A stretch of DNA of 46,312 bases from a virus: the IMG/VR virus record IMGVR_UViG_3300013016_000007; one strand, 5' to 3'. Below the pieces are notes generated by a model. The model ran no database searches and was not told where the DNA came from. It was given only the letters and a program-made list of their open reading frames with translations. This document shows, piece after piece, positions 26,329-36,616 of the stretch. A program made the position numbers and the translations under genes. Position 1 is the stretch's first letter. Every line of letters starts with the position of its first letter.

Positions 26329-27460
26329 GTTTTGGTCTTTTAAAAATATTGAAAATGAAGATTCAGAAAGTCTTGAATTGAGAATCGAAGGCGAGATATT
26401 AGATAGTGAAAATTCTTGGTTATATGACTGGCTTGGCATACCTTATGCTAGCAAGAACCAACTTAAGGACACTTTAATAAAAAACAAAGAAAAAGACATA
26501 ACAGTTTGGATTGACAGTCCTGGAGGTTCAGTTTTTGCAGCTGCTGGTATATACACTCTGCTTAAAGAGCATAAAGGAAAAGTCACTGTAAAAATAGACA
26601 GTAAAGCAATTTCAGCAGCAAGTATGATTGCAATGGCAGCAGATGAAAGATATATTTCACCGGTTGGCCAAATTATGATTCATAATCCTATTCCGGCAAA
26701 CGGAGTTTTTGGTGACGCTGAGGAACTAAGAAAAGTTGCTGATGTGTTAGACGAAATTAAAGAAGCAATTGTTAACGCTTATATAGCTGGTACTGGTCGA
26801 CCAAAAGATGAAATCTGGGAAATGATGAATCAAGAAACCTGGATGAGTGCAAATACGGCTGTAAAAGAAAAATTTGCTGATAAAGTTCTCTATCAGGATG
26901 AAGATGAAGAATTTAACGTCAAAAATATTAAGGATTATGAATTTAAAAGGTTGCAAATAGTTAACAGTATGGAAACATCTATTAAAGAGATGATTTCTAT
27001 AAAATCAAATGAACAGGCTGTAGAAAACAAAAATAAGGAAGATAATTCTCAAAAGGAAGGTGATCGGGACGTGGAAATTAAAAACCTTGAAGATTTAATT
27101 AATGCTTACCCGGATTTAGTGAAGGAAGCTGAAAACAAAGCAGTTGAGTCAGAAAGAAAAAGAATTAAAAATATTGATGAGATTGCAGACAATATTGATC
27201 AGGACTTGGTTAATAAAGCTAAGTTCGATGAACCAATGGATGCAAAAGATTTAGCTTTTGAAGCAATGAAATCTGATAAGAAAAAAGCTGGTCAGTATCT
27301 TAACAATGTTAGAGAAGATACTGAAGAGTCAGGGGTAGAAGATGTAGAAGCTAACAATTCAGCCGAAGAAGATTCTGGCCCTAAAAATGTGGATGATAAA
27401 GCTAAAAGTATAGTCGCTAAATTTGACGCTAAAAGGAGAGGAGTGAAGATTGATGGCTAA
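26321..27460 (+). CDS. Head maturation protease (S49/ClpP-like) with C-terminal scaffold-like region
   Basis: WIDSPGGSVFAAAGIYTLL...ISAASMIAMAADERYISPVGQIMIHNP, followed by an acidic coiled-coil tail. TTG 26321 lies after AAGGGGG. Confidence 0.85.
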   Translation: MTKFWSFKNIENEDSESLELRIEGEILDSENSWLYDWLGIPYASKNQLKDTLIKNKEKDITVWIDSPGGSVFAAAGIYTLLKEHKGKVTVKIDSKAISAASMIAMAADERYISPVGQIMIHNPIPANGVFGDAEELRKVADVLDEIKEAIVNAYIAGTGRPKDEIWEMMNQETWMSANTAVKEKFADKVLYQDEDEEFNVKNIKDYEFKRLQIVNSMETSIKEMISIKSNEQAVENKNKEDNSQKEGDRDVEIKNLEDLINAYPDLVKEAENKAVESERKRIKNIDEIADNIDQDLVNKAKFDEPMDAKDLAFEAMKSDKKKAGQYLNNVREDTEESGVEDVEANNSAEEDSGPKNVDDKAKSIVAKFDAKRRGVKIDG

Positions 27461-27827
27461 TTATGAAGTTGTTGCTAACAATGAACCTGATAATTTAGTT
27501 GCTGGCCATGAAGTAGAATTGCTGACTGCTGCTTTAACAATTGCTCAAGGACAAAGCATTCTTGAAAGAGGTAGTGTTCTGGGTGTAGTTGAAGCTGACG
27601 GCAAAGGAAAACTTTGTGATAAAGCAAGCGCCGATGGCAGTCAAGTTGCTAAATATGTATTGCCAGAAGATGTTGATACTTCTGGAGGAGATGTAACTTT
27701 AGCAGTTTGGAAAACAGGTATTTTTAATAGAAATGCTGTAATTTTTGGTGGGGATAGCACCCCGACTGATCACGAAGATGAATTAAGAGATGTAAATATA
27801 CATCTTAGAGATTCTATTAATTATTAA
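27453..27827 (+). CDS. Head decoration protein (lambda gpD-like)
   Basis: About 124 aa at the gpD position. NEPDNLVAGHEVELLTAALTIAQGQSILERGSVLG pattern. Confidence 0.7.
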   Translation: MANYEVVANNEPDNLVAGHEVELLTAALTIAQGQSILERGSVLGVVEADGKGKLCDKASADGSQVAKYVLPEDVDTSGGDVTLAVWKTGIFNRNAVIFGGDSTPTDHEDELRDVNIHLRDSINY

Positions 27828-27846
27828 ATTCAAGGAGGAAATATAA

Positions 27847-28908
27847 ATGGCTAATGAAATTAATTTAAACAACCCTCGCACTATGAAACCTGCTAGATCA
27901 AAAAACATGCCAGTTACCACTTTTATTCGCGATACGTTTTTTGGTCAGGCAAATACTTTTTTAACAAAAACTGTTGATATCGATTTTAGAAAAGGAGGAC
28001 GTCAAATAGCTCCTTTTGTTGCAAAAAATGTTGGTGGTATCAACATGGAAAGAAAAGGCTTTGAAACTAAGAACTATGAGCCACCAAAGATCGCACCTCA
28101 AAGAGTTCTGAGACCTGAGGTATTAGAACCTAGACTTCCAGGGGAAACAGTACACACTTCTCAATCTCCTGAAGAAAGGCAGGATTATTTCTTAGAGCAG
28201 GACTCTCAAGAGATGGAAGATTCAATTTCTCGCAGAGAGGAACTAATGTGTTCTGAGCTTTTAACAGATGGAAAAGTAACTGTTAAAGGTTATATAGATA
28301 ATGATTTAACTAACTTCAGAACAGATGAGGTTAATTATCAGCTTAATAATAAGTTGACTCTTACAGGAACTGATGCTTGGAATGATTCAGCTCCATCTAG
28401 ATATAAAGATCTTGCAAATGGTGTAGAAACTGTCCTTAAGTCTGGTTATAACCCAGAAATGGCTATTATCGGACAGGATGCATGGTCTGATTTATTAAAT
28501 GATAGCGATTTTAAAGATAAATTAGATAATAGAAGAATGGAAATGGGTATGATCAATCCTGAATTTAGAACAGTTGATGGTCATGGAGTTAAATATCTTG
28601 GCTTTATCAGTGATCTAGGGCTTGATTTTTACACCTACTATTCCTGGTATATGGATTATGACGGTGTAGTTAAACCTTATTTTCCTTCTGATCATGTAGC
28701 AATCGCACCTCAGGGAATAGGAGAAATGTTGTATGCAGCTGTCACTCAGCTTGAAGATGATAAAAGATATCATACTTATGAAGGAACTAGAGTTCCTAAA
28801 ATCTTTGCTGACACAAGTAATGATGCTATGACATTTAGAATGACTTCAAAACCTTTACCAGCACCATTCGATATTGATAGCTGGTATGTAATTGACACTA
28901 GAGGTTAA
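27847..28908 (+). CDS. Major capsid protein, lambda gpE family
   Basis: 353 aa directly after the decoration protein. Strong RBS AAGGAGG. Confidence 0.8.
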   Translation: MANEINLNNPRTMKPARSKNMPVTTFIRDTFFGQANTFLTKTVDIDFRKGGRQIAPFVAKNVGGINMERKGFETKNYEPPKIAPQRVLRPEVLEPRLPGETVHTSQSPEERQDYFLEQDSQEMEDSISRREELMCSELLTDGKVTVKGYIDNDLTNFRTDEVNYQLNNKLTLTGTDAWNDSAPSRYKDLANGVETVLKSGYNPEMAIIGQDAWSDLLNDSDFKDKLDNRRMEMGMINPEFRTVDGHGVKYLGFISDLGLDFYTYYSWYMDYDGVVKPYFPSDHVAIAPQGIGEMLYAAVTQLEDDKRYHTYEGTRVPKIFADTSNDAMTFRMTSKPLPAPFDIDSWYVIDTRG

Positions 28909-28923
28909 TAAAGGAGGTAAATT

Positions 28924-29343
28924 ATGTTTAAAGTAACTCACGGCAAAGTTAGATTTGAAAAAACTGTATATGGAGAAAATGAAAAGGCCGGAGATATAAT
29001 TTCTGGCCTTTCTGCATCTCAAGAAAAAAGTTTAGCTGAAAAAGGCTATGGAGAAATCATAAAAGATGTCAAAAAGAAAGAAAGCTCTGAATCTGATGGC
29101 CCAGGCAAAGAAAAAGAGCCTGAAATTATTCCGGATAATCTCACTGTTGAAGAAGTTGAAAAATTAATTTCTGAAACTGATGATCTGGATGACCTTTATG
29201 ACATGTTAGATTTTGAAAGAGAAACTAAAAATAGAAAAGGGGTTGTAGCCCCACTTGAAGAGAAAATTGGTGAAATGGAAGAACCACCAGAAGAAGGGGA
29301 AGTGAATGTTGATTTAGATCCTGATCAAGTAATCACTGATTAA
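28924..29343 (+). CDS. Hypothetical acidic head-module protein
   Basis: 139 aa, Glu/Asp-rich. RBS AAGGAGGT. Confidence 0.55.
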   Translation: MFKVTHGKVRFEKTVYGENEKAGDIISGLSASQEKSLAEKGYGEIIKDVKKKESSESDGPGKEKEPEIIPDNLTVEEVEKLISETDDLDDLYDMLDFERETKNRKGVVAPLEEKIGEMEEPPEEGEVNVDLDPDQVITD

Positions 29344-29354
29344 GGAATGATATT

Positions 29355-29687
29355 ATGCCAAAACTAAAAGATTATTTACAATCTGACCTTGATGTGTTTA
29401 TGAATGTCGATGAGTTTGCAACTAACCACAGCATAAATGGAACTGAAATGGATGTAATCGTTGATAATGATTTAATTGAACAATGGGGCAAAAACAGGCA
29501 AACTGGGTTTAAAGATCCTACCGGAATATATAATGCAGATATGATGTTTATTGTAAAAGCTGCAGATTATGGGGATAAACCTTTACCTGGAGAGAATATC
29601 CGCTTCGACGGCGACTTATACCAGGTAGCGGACTCAAAAGAGGAAACAGGGTCATATCTGATCGGATTGGTGGCGAATTTCTCATGA
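29355..29687 (+). CDS. Putative head-tail joining/completion protein
   Basis: 110 aa between the capsid and tail modules. Assigned by position only. Confidence 0.4.
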   Translation: MPKLKDYLQSDLDVFMNVDEFATNHSINGTEMDVIVDNDLIEQWGKNRQTGFKDPTGIYNADMMFIVKAADYGDKPLPGENIRFDGDLYQVADSKEETGSYLIGLVANFS

Positions 29688-30235
29688 TAGAAATTTCAAC
29701 AAATATGGTTAAAGAGATTGAAAAAACTCTTGGTAGATATAAGAGTAAAACGCCAATTGTTTTATATCGTGCTCTTAATAGAGCTGCATCTACTATGAGA
29801 TCTAATGCTGCTAAGAAAACTCGCAAAGAATATCATATTAAATCAAGTGATGTTAAAAAAACAATAGAAACTATCAAAGCTCGCAGGTCAAGCCTGGGGG
29901 CTTTAGTAGTTTCAGAGGGTGAACATGTACCGCTTGATAAGTTCAGATATAAACCCAGAAAGCCAAAGCCATCTAATCCACCTCAGCTTAAAGTTGCTAT
30001 TAAAAGAGATGGTTATAAAGATTTGAAAGATGCATTTGTAACTGACATTAATGGCAACAAAATATTTAAAAGGGTTGGAGAAAAAAGGCTGCCTATTACC
30101 AGAATGGCTGGCCCGGCCGTACCTCAAATGATTGCAAACGATGAAATATCAGATTATGCACAGGACAGAGCAGAAGAGACATTTTATAAGCGGCTTGATC
30201 ATGAAGTTAAAAGAGTACTGGAGCGTGGTAGATAA
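29684..30235 (+). CDS. Putative minor tail/head-tail protein (gpZ-like)
   Basis: ATGA overlap with the upstream ORF. N-terminus IVLYRALNRAASTMRSNAAKKTRKEYHIKSSDVKK resembles the gpZ family. Confidence 0.4.
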   Translation: MIEISTNMVKEIEKTLGRYKSKTPIVLYRALNRAASTMRSNAAKKTRKEYHIKSSDVKKTIETIKARRSSLGALVVSEGEHVPLDKFRYKPRKPKPSNPPQLKVAIKRDGYKDLKDAFVTDINGNKIFKRVGEKRLPITRMAGPAVPQMIANDEISDYAQDRAEETFYKRLDHEVKRVLERGR

Positions 30236-30702
30236 TGGTTCCTATTTTATTACAAAAACATTTAGTTGATGAAGTCCTTCCAAAAATCTTTGAAGGTACT
30301 AAATTTTTAAATACAGATAATGAAAAAGTGAATATTAATTTTTATAAGCAGTATTTGCCGAAAAAGAAAAAAGATATCGATATTTTTCCTTTTGTAAATG
30401 TGATATTACTCGATGGAGAAGAACAAAGCAAAGATACCGCTAATACAGCCCATATTCTTTTCATGGTTGGCGTTTATGATGAAGACGAAAACAATCAAGG
30501 TTATCAAGACAGCATAATTATTTTAAACAAAATATATCAACATTTAAGAGAAAAAGAATTATTTGATAGCAAATATGTTATTGATTATCCAGTTAAATGG
30601 ATGACTAACGATGATGTAACTTACCCTTATTTTTATAGTGCCTTAGAAACTAACTGGGAAGTCGCAAAAGTATTACAAACAAATGAAAATCTATACTCAT
30701 AA
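30235..30702 (+). CDS. Putative tail completion/terminator protein
   Basis: TAATG overlap with the upstream ORF. Immediately precedes the sheath gene. Assigned by position. Confidence 0.35.
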   Translation: MVPILLQKHLVDEVLPKIFEGTKFLNTDNEKVNINFYKQYLPKKKKDIDIFPFVNVILLDGEEQSKDTANTAHILFMVGVYDEDENNQGYQDSIIILNKIYQHLREKELFDSKYVIDYPVKWMTNDDVTYPYFYSALETNWEVAKVLQTNENLYS

Positions 30703-30715
30703 AGGAGTGAAATAA

Positions 30716-32188
30716 ATGGCTTATCAACACGGTGTATATATTACAGAACAGGCAACTTCATTAACACCTCCTGTACAGGTTGACAGTGCTATACAGGTTG
30801 TTGTAGGTACAGCACCAGTAAACTTGGTTGAAGATCCACAGGGTGCTGTTAATAAACCACTTATTGCTTATAGCTTTGCTGAAGCAGTAAGTAAAGTTGG
30901 CTATTCTGATGACTTTGAAAATTACACTATATGCCAGTCTATTGATGCATCTTTTAGAGTCTTTAATGTTGCACCAATTGTACTGATTAATGTTCTAGAT
31001 CCCGCAGAACATAATATAGCTGTAACCGATGAAGTTTATGCAATTGTAAATAATGAAATTGAAATTGAAGAAGAAGGAATAATGTTAGATGAAAACTTTT
31101 CTGTCAGCAGTGAAGACGGAGTAACCGATTATGTAAAAGATAATGATTATAAATTATCTTTTAATGATGATGGGTTCGTTGTACTGGAAGTTGTTGAAGG
31201 TGGTCAAATAGAAACTGACGGAGAAACATCACTAACTTTAGGTTTTACAAAGCTAGATCCATCAGCAGTAACTAAAGATGATGTGATTGGTGGTTATGAT
31301 ATTGCTACTGGAAAATATAAAGGTTTAGAAAATGTTGAGCAGGTATTTCCTCAATTATCAGTAATACCTGGTACTATTCTGGCCCCTGGTTGGAGTCACA
31401 TGCCATCTGTAGGTATTGCAATGACTTCAAAAACAAAAGGAATTAACGGTTCATTTAGCTGTCAGTCGGTTCTTGATATTGATACAAATGATGTTGATGG
31501 AGCTGCAGCTTATAGTGATGCAGCTGGCTGGAAGAATGATAACAGCTACACTGATAAAAATAATATTGTCGCCTGGCCAAAAGCTATGGTTGGAGATAAA
31601 ACTTATTATTTTAGCGCTCTTATTGCACCGCTAATGGCTTTTATTGATGATCAAAACGAAGGCGTTCCTTTTGTTTCTCCATCTAACAAGCAGGCTAAAA
31701 TTACAGCCACTGTTTTAGAAAACGGAGAAGAAGTATATCTAGATCAGGTGCAGGCCAATCTTTTAAATAGCAATGGTATTATAACTGCTATTAATATGGA
31801 TGGTTGGAAAGCCTGGGGTAATAGAACTGGAGCTTATCCATCTACTACTGATCCTAAGGATGCATTCATATCTGTTAGAAGAATGTTTGACTGGTGGGGA
31901 AATACATTCATTCGGACATATTTCCAAAAAGTCGATGATCCCACTAACTTAAGATTAGTTGAAAATATTGTGGATAGCGAAAACATCAGAGCAAATGGTT
32001 ATAAAGCTAAACAGCAGCTGGCTGGAGCTAAGATTGAATTTAACCAGGATGAAAATCCATTGACTGATATTATCGATGGAAAAATTGTATTCCATCAGTA
32101 TTTGACACCATATCCACCAGCTAGATCTATCACAAACATTCTAGAGTTTGATCCTTATGCTCTGCAAGCAGCTCTTGGAGGTGAATAA
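30716..32188 (+). CDS. Contractile tail sheath protein
   Basis: 490 aa. N-terminus MAYQHGVYITEQATSLTPPVQVDSAIQVVVGTAPV is typical of sheath proteins. Followed by the tube gene. Confidence 0.88.
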   Translation: MAYQHGVYITEQATSLTPPVQVDSAIQVVVGTAPVNLVEDPQGAVNKPLIAYSFAEAVSKVGYSDDFENYTICQSIDASFRVFNVAPIVLINVLDPAEHNIAVTDEVYAIVNNEIEIEEEGIMLDENFSVSSEDGVTDYVKDNDYKLSFNDDGFVVLEVVEGGQIETDGETSLTLGFTKLDPSAVTKDDVIGGYDIATGKYKGLENVEQVFPQLSVIPGTILAPGWSHMPSVGIAMTSKTKGINGSFSCQSVLDIDTNDVDGAAAYSDAAGWKNDNSYTDKNNIVAWPKAMVGDKTYYFSALIAPLMAFIDDQNEGVPFVSPSNKQAKITATVLENGEEVYLDQVQANLLNSNGIITAINMDGWKAWGNRTGAYPSTTDPKDAFISVRRMFDWWGNTFIRTYFQKVDDPTNLRLVENIVDSENIRANGYKAKQQLAGAKIEFNQDENPLTDIIDGKIVFHQYLTPYPPARSITNILEFDPYALQAALGGE

Positions 32189-32190
32189 TA

Positions 32191-32709
32191 GTGGTAAATC
32201 CTATTCCAGAAAAAGTAGTTAACTTTAATCTTTATGATGAAGGCGAAAAAATGATTGGTATCACAGGCGAAGTAACGTTACCAAATTTTGAAGCAATGTC
32301 AGAAACAATTTCCGGAGCTGGTATAGCGGGAGAATATGAAAGTCCAACACCTGGACATTTTAGCAGCATGGAAATAGAAATCCCGTATAGAACTGTTAAC
32401 GGACGCTCAACAAAACTGATGACTCCTACTGCCAAAACTATAATCTTGCGTGGGTCTCAGCAGATTAATGACTCTTCTGCTGGAACTATTGAATATCAAC
32501 CAGTGAAAATAACTATGAAAGTAGTGCCTAAAAATCTTAATTTAGGTACTATGGGAGTTGGCCAGCCATCTGAGACTGCTAATACTCTTGAAATAATGTA
32601 TATCAAAATAGTTATTGATGGAGAAGAAGTTTTAGAATATGACAAATTAAACTTCATTTATGTTGTTGATGGTCAAGATATACTTAAAAAAGTAAGAGAT
32701 CAAATATAA
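32191..32709 (+). CDS. Tail tube protein (P2 FII-like)
   Basis: 172 aa. VVNFNLYDEGEKMIGITGEVTLPNFEAMSETISGAGIAGEYESP. Confidence 0.8.
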   Translation: MVNPIPEKVVNFNLYDEGEKMIGITGEVTLPNFEAMSETISGAGIAGEYESPTPGHFSSMEIEIPYRTVNGRSTKLMTPTAKTIILRGSQQINDSSAGTIEYQPVKITMKVVPKNLNLGTMGVGQPSETANTLEIMYIKIVIDGEEVLEYDKLNFIYVVDGQDILKKVRDQI

Positions 32710-32724
32710 TAGGAGGTAAATTAA

Positions 32725-33039
32725 ATGTCTAAAGAAGTGAAAAAAGATAATCCGTTGATCATTGAGTTAAGTAAGCCAATCAAATTTGAAGATAAAACTG
32801 TAGAAAAAATTGATTTAACTGGTTTGGAAAAGCTAAAAACCAGTGATCTAATTGAATTAGAAAAACAGTTTAATTTAGATGGTAACTTTTCTTCTCAACC
32901 AGAAGCCAGTGTTGCTTATGCAAGATTGGTATCTAACCGAGTTACAGATTTACCGCTGGAATTTTTTGATCAATTAGGTGCAAAAAATATTATTAAAGTA
33001 AAGACTGCGGTAATGAATTTTTTCTACGGAGAGGAATAA
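32725..33039 (+). CDS. Tail assembly chaperone (P2 gpE / lambda gpG analogue)
   Basis: 104-aa ORF between the tube and tape measure genes, ending just after a slippery T-run. Confidence 0.7.
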   Translation: MSKEVKKDNPLIIELSKPIKFEDKTVEKIDLTGLEKLKTSDLIELEKQFNLDGNFSSQPEASVAYARLVSNRVTDLPLEFFDQLGAKNIIKVKTAVMNFFYGEE

Positions 33040-33188
33040 AAGCCACTGACGGAAAAAAGTTAAGAAAAATTTCTGTCAGTTTAGGTTTGAGAACATCAAC
33101 CAGCGTTGATTTTTATTATTACTTAGAAATCGATGAACTTTTCAATATAGCTGATGATATAAAGGCGGTGACTAATAATGGCAAGTAG
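32725..33188 (+). CDS. Frameshift-extended tail assembly chaperone (E+E' / GT analogue)
   Basis: After a -1 shift at 33018-33024 the frame reads FFLRRGIKATDGKKLRKISVSLGLRTSTSVDFYYYLEIDELFNIADDIKAVTNNGK. This fills the otherwise ORF-free gap before the tape measure gene. Confidence 0.55.
33018..33024 (+). promoter_or_regulatory. Programmed -1 frameshift slippery heptamer T_TTT_TTC
   Basis: In-frame AAT TTT TTC. The -1 frame is open from here to TAG 33186-33188. Confidence 0.6.
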
Positions 33189-35388
33189 GACCACTTATCA
33201 AACTCATTTTCTTTTGGGTGCAAAAGTTCAATCCAGTATGCATAAATCTTTTTCTAAAGTCCAGAAGAATATGAAAAATATTAGAAAAAGTGCAGGTTAT
33301 ACAGAAAGTGCTTATTCTAAACTAGGTAGAACTATGAAAAGAGCTTTGGGTGCTGCCGGAATATATTTTAGTGCCAGAACAATAGTCACCGCTTTAAAAA
33401 GCTCTACTCAAGCAGCAATGGAATTTGAAGATCAAATGGCTGATGTTGGTACTCTCCTGGATGGCAATGTAAAAGAAAAGTTAGGTAATTATAGTGAGCA
33501 GGTTAAACAAACAGCAATTGCAACTGGTCTTTCTACAGAACAGTTAAACAGAGGTCTATATGAAACTATATCAGCATTAGGAGAAAGCGCTGATACTTAT
33601 GATATTTTTCAAAAGGCTGCAGAAAATGCTCGCGGTGGTAATGCGGATGTTCAAAATGTAGTTAAGTTTTTATCTGCCACAATGAAAGGTTACGGAGATG
33701 TAAGTGCAGAGACTGCTCAAAAAGTTTCTGATTTAGGTTTCCAGACTGTTAAATTAGGTCAGACAAGTTTCCCAGAATTAGCACAGAATATGGGTGATGT
33801 AGTACCTCTTGCTGGCGCGATGGGAGCCAATATGGAATCTGTTTTCGGGGCTATGTCCACTCTAACTGGTGTTACTGGTGATACTGCAAAAGTAAGTACT
33901 CAGTTAAGAGGGGTTTTCACAGCTTTAACAAAGCCAACATCAGCTATGAAAGAAGTTATGAATGGCTTAGGATATGAATCTGGTGCAGCAATGATCAAAG
34001 CAAAGGGTTTCCAGGGAACACTTGACCTTTTAAAGAAGGCTACTGGAGGATCTACTGAACAATTAAGTAAAATGTTTGGGCGAGTTGAAGCATTAAATGC
34101 AGTTATTGCTTTAACTGGAGCTCAGTCAGAAAACTTTACAACTAAAACAGAAGCTATGTATCAAGCAGTTGGAGCAAGCAACGAAGCTTTCAAAGATAAA
34201 GTTAAAACTTCTAAAGCATTAAGAGAACGTTTTGGACAGTTAATTAATGTATTGAAAATTAATTTTGGTAACAAAGTTTTACCCTATATTAATCAAGGGT
34301 TAGAATTTATTCTTGCTAATTATAAAGAAATGGGAGCTCAAGCAAAAGCGGCTATGGAGCCTGTCCGAGCAACTTATAATTTCATAAAAAATAATTGGAC
34401 TGCAATAGAGCCAATTGTCGTTGGAATAACTTCTGCAATGGTAGCATATAAAACTACTCAAATTGCTTTGACAGCTGCTCAAAAAGCCGGAATGATTGTT
34501 CAAGCAATCTCTAAAGCTTATAGTACTTTTCAAACAACTATGAATGCAGCTCGATATTCTACTTTGGCGGCAAGCAAAGCTCAGGTCGCGCTTAATCTTG
34601 CAATGTCAGCTAATCCAGCTGCAGTTGTAGCAATCGCGATAGGCGCTCTGGCTACTGCCGGATATTTGGTCTATAAAAACTGGGACAAAATATTACCTAA
34701 GTTAAGAGCTTTCTATAATTTAATTAAAAACTTGCCGGTAGTTGAAGCTTTTATAAGTGGAATCACTGACATTTATCAGTCAGGAAAAGACACTTTTAAC
34801 GGACTAGTTGATTTTGTAAGCGGAGTATTTACTGGCAACTGGTCAAAAGCCTGGGATGGAGTTGTTCAAGCAGTCGGAGGTTCATTCTCTTTAATTGGAG
34901 ATTTAGTTAAACTTCCAATTAATAATACTATAGGTTTGATTAATACAGCCCTTGCAGGCATTGGAAAGATTGATGTCTCTATACCCGACTGGGTACCAGG
35001 AGTTGGAGGTAAAAGTTTTGGCCCGGACATTCCAGAAATCCCATTGTTAGCAAAAGGAACGAATAATTTCGGCGGAGGTATGGCTATAGTTGGAGAGCAA
35101 GGACCTGAACTGGTTAATATGCCACAAGGAACTCAGGTTACAACTGCAACTAAAACCGAGACGCTTATACAAAAACTAAAAGAAACTCCTTCTAAGGCTA
35201 CTAAAATATTAAACAACTTAAAATCTGATAATTCGACTAAAAATACTAAAATTGAAATTAATATTGAAAATATTATTGAAGGAAATGCGGATAAAACAGA
35301 ATTGGAGCGTTCAAATAGAGAATTAAGAGATATGATCGAAGAAGTATTTCTTGATTTAGGAGGAAATCCAAGAACTGATTTCAGTTAA
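33178..35388 (+). CDS. Tail tape measure protein
   Basis: 736 aa, Ala/Gly-rich and helical, with internal hydrophobic segments. At the canonical position. Confidence 0.88.
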   Translation: MASRTTYQTHFLLGAKVQSSMHKSFSKVQKNMKNIRKSAGYTESAYSKLGRTMKRALGAAGIYFSARTIVTALKSSTQAAMEFEDQMADVGTLLDGNVKEKLGNYSEQVKQTAIATGLSTEQLNRGLYETISALGESADTYDIFQKAAENARGGNADVQNVVKFLSATMKGYGDVSAETAQKVSDLGFQTVKLGQTSFPELAQNMGDVVPLAGAMGANMESVFGAMSTLTGVTGDTAKVSTQLRGVFTALTKPTSAMKEVMNGLGYESGAAMIKAKGFQGTLDLLKKATGGSTEQLSKMFGRVEALNAVIALTGAQSENFTTKTEAMYQAVGASNEAFKDKVKTSKALRERFGQLINVLKINFGNKVLPYINQGLEFILANYKEMGAQAKAAMEPVRATYNFIKNNWTAIEPIVVGITSAMVAYKTTQIALTAAQKAGMIVQAISKAYSTFQTTMNAARYSTLAASKAQVALNLAMSANPAAVVAIAIGALATAGYLVYKNWDKILPKLRAFYNLIKNLPVVEAFISGITDIYQSGKDTFNGLVDFVSGVFTGNWSKAWDGVVQAVGGSFSLIGDLVKLPINNTIGLINTALAGIGKIDVSIPDWVPGVGGKSFGPDIPEIPLLAKGTNNFGGGMAIVGEQGPELVNMPQGTQVTTATKTETLIQKLKETPSKATKILNNLKSDNSTKNTKIEINIENIIEGNADKTELERSNRELRDMIEEVFLDLGGNPRTDFS

Positions 35389-35392
35389 AGAG

Positions 35393-35605
35393 GTGGTTGT
35401 TGTGAGGTATACTACAAAATCCGGTGATACATTTGATATTATCGCAAAAGAAAATTTAGGAAAAGAAAAATATGCAAAAGAATTAATGCAGGCGAATAAA
35501 GAATATATAGAATTTGTTATTTTCCCAGCCGGCATTGAACTGGAGTTGCCGGAAATAGATGAAGAAAGTTCTTCTGGGAAACAAGCACCTCCATGGAGGG
35601 ATTAA
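35393..35605 (+). CDS. LysM-like tail protein (P2 gpX / XkdP-like)
   Basis: YTTKSGDTFDIIAKENLG...ELMQANKEY is a LysM-type motif. 70 aa, directly after the tape measure gene. Confidence 0.7.
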   Translation: MVVVRYTTKSGDTFDIIAKENLGKEKYAKELMQANKEYIEFVIFPAGIELELPEIDEESSSGKQAPPWRD

Positions 35606-35608
35606 TAA

Positions 35609-36616
35609 ATGAAAACCAGAAGAGCTAATCCTATAATTTATTACCAGGGAACAAATATAACTAAAAACTTAGAAAAGGAAATTAAATCATTTTCTTTTAC
35701 CGATGTTGCTTCGGGATCGTCAGATACTATACAACTTAAAGTACATGATATAACAAAAAAATGGCTATCGAACTGGGCTCCTCAAACAGGCGATGTAATT
35801 GAAGCATCAATAAAAGTAGAAGATTGGAACAAAGAGGGAGATACAAGAGTTTTTAGCTGCGGGAAATTTATTGTTGATCGGCCACGGTACAGAGGGCGAC
35901 CAGTTGAATTAAGTTTAAATGCTGCAGCACTTCCTAATGATACAGACTTTACAACTACTAAAAAAAGCAGAACTTGGAATAAAGCCACTTTAGAGAAAAT
36001 AGCACAAAAAATTGCTAATGAGAACAATTTAAATCTAGTTTTTGATTCCAGTTTAAATCCCGATATAAAATTTGTTGAACAAAGTGAAGTTAGTGACAAA
36101 ACTTTTCTTAATGATCTCTGCACCAGGTACGGTGTAGTAATGAAAATTTATAAAGAAAAAATTGTACTTTATAACGAAAAAGATTATGAGAGCAAGGAGC
36201 CGGTAACTACTATTGACGAATCAGAATTAGAAGACTGGGACCTCGATCCTAATCTTACTGACAGCGGATATGATGGAGCTCATTTAAGTTACTTTGATCC
36301 AGAAACCGAAGAACACAAAGATTATACTTTTATAATACCAGGGGAACCAGGTAAAAAAATATTAGAGATTAATGATTTAGTATTTTCTCTTTCTGAAGCA
36401 GAAGCAAAAGCGAAAGGGGCTTTAAGAAAGAAAAATAAAAGCGAAATAAATTTGAAAGGTAAATTAAGTGGAGGAACTTTTTTAGTTGCCGGCAGCACTA
36501 TAGAAATCACTGGCTTAGGAATTTATTCTGGCAAGTATTATATTGATAAAATAATTCATAATGTAAAACCTTATAAAATGGGCCTTGAAATGCATAAAGT
36601 TCTGGAGGGTTATTAA
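35609..36616 (+). CDS. Baseplate hub / late control gpD-like protein
   Basis: 335 aa, between the LysM protein and the gpV-like spike, as in P2/PBSX-type tails. Confidence 0.6.
   Translation: MKTRRANPIIYYQGTNITKNLEKEIKSFSFTDVASGSSDTIQLKVHDITKKWLSNWAPQTGDVIEASIKVEDWNKEGDTRVFSCGKFIVDRPRYRGRPVELSLNAAALPNDTDFTTTKKSRTWNKATLEKIAQKIANENNLNLVFDSSLNPDIKFVEQSEVSDKTFLNDLCTRYGVVMKIYKEKIVLYNEKDYESKEPVTTIDESELEDWDLDPNLTDSGYDGAHLSYFDPETEEHKDYTFIIPGEPGKKILEINDLVFSLSEAEAKAKGALRKKNKSEINLKGKLSGGTFLVAGSTIEITGLGIYSGKYYIDKIIHNVKPYKMGLEMHKVLEGY

Noticed and set aside
32962-32967. An earlier T6 run in the chaperone gene as the frameshift site
   Set aside because: The -1 frame reads ATT TTT TGA and terminates immediately. 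The downstream T_TTT_TTC at 33018-33024 opens a 55-codon extension instead.
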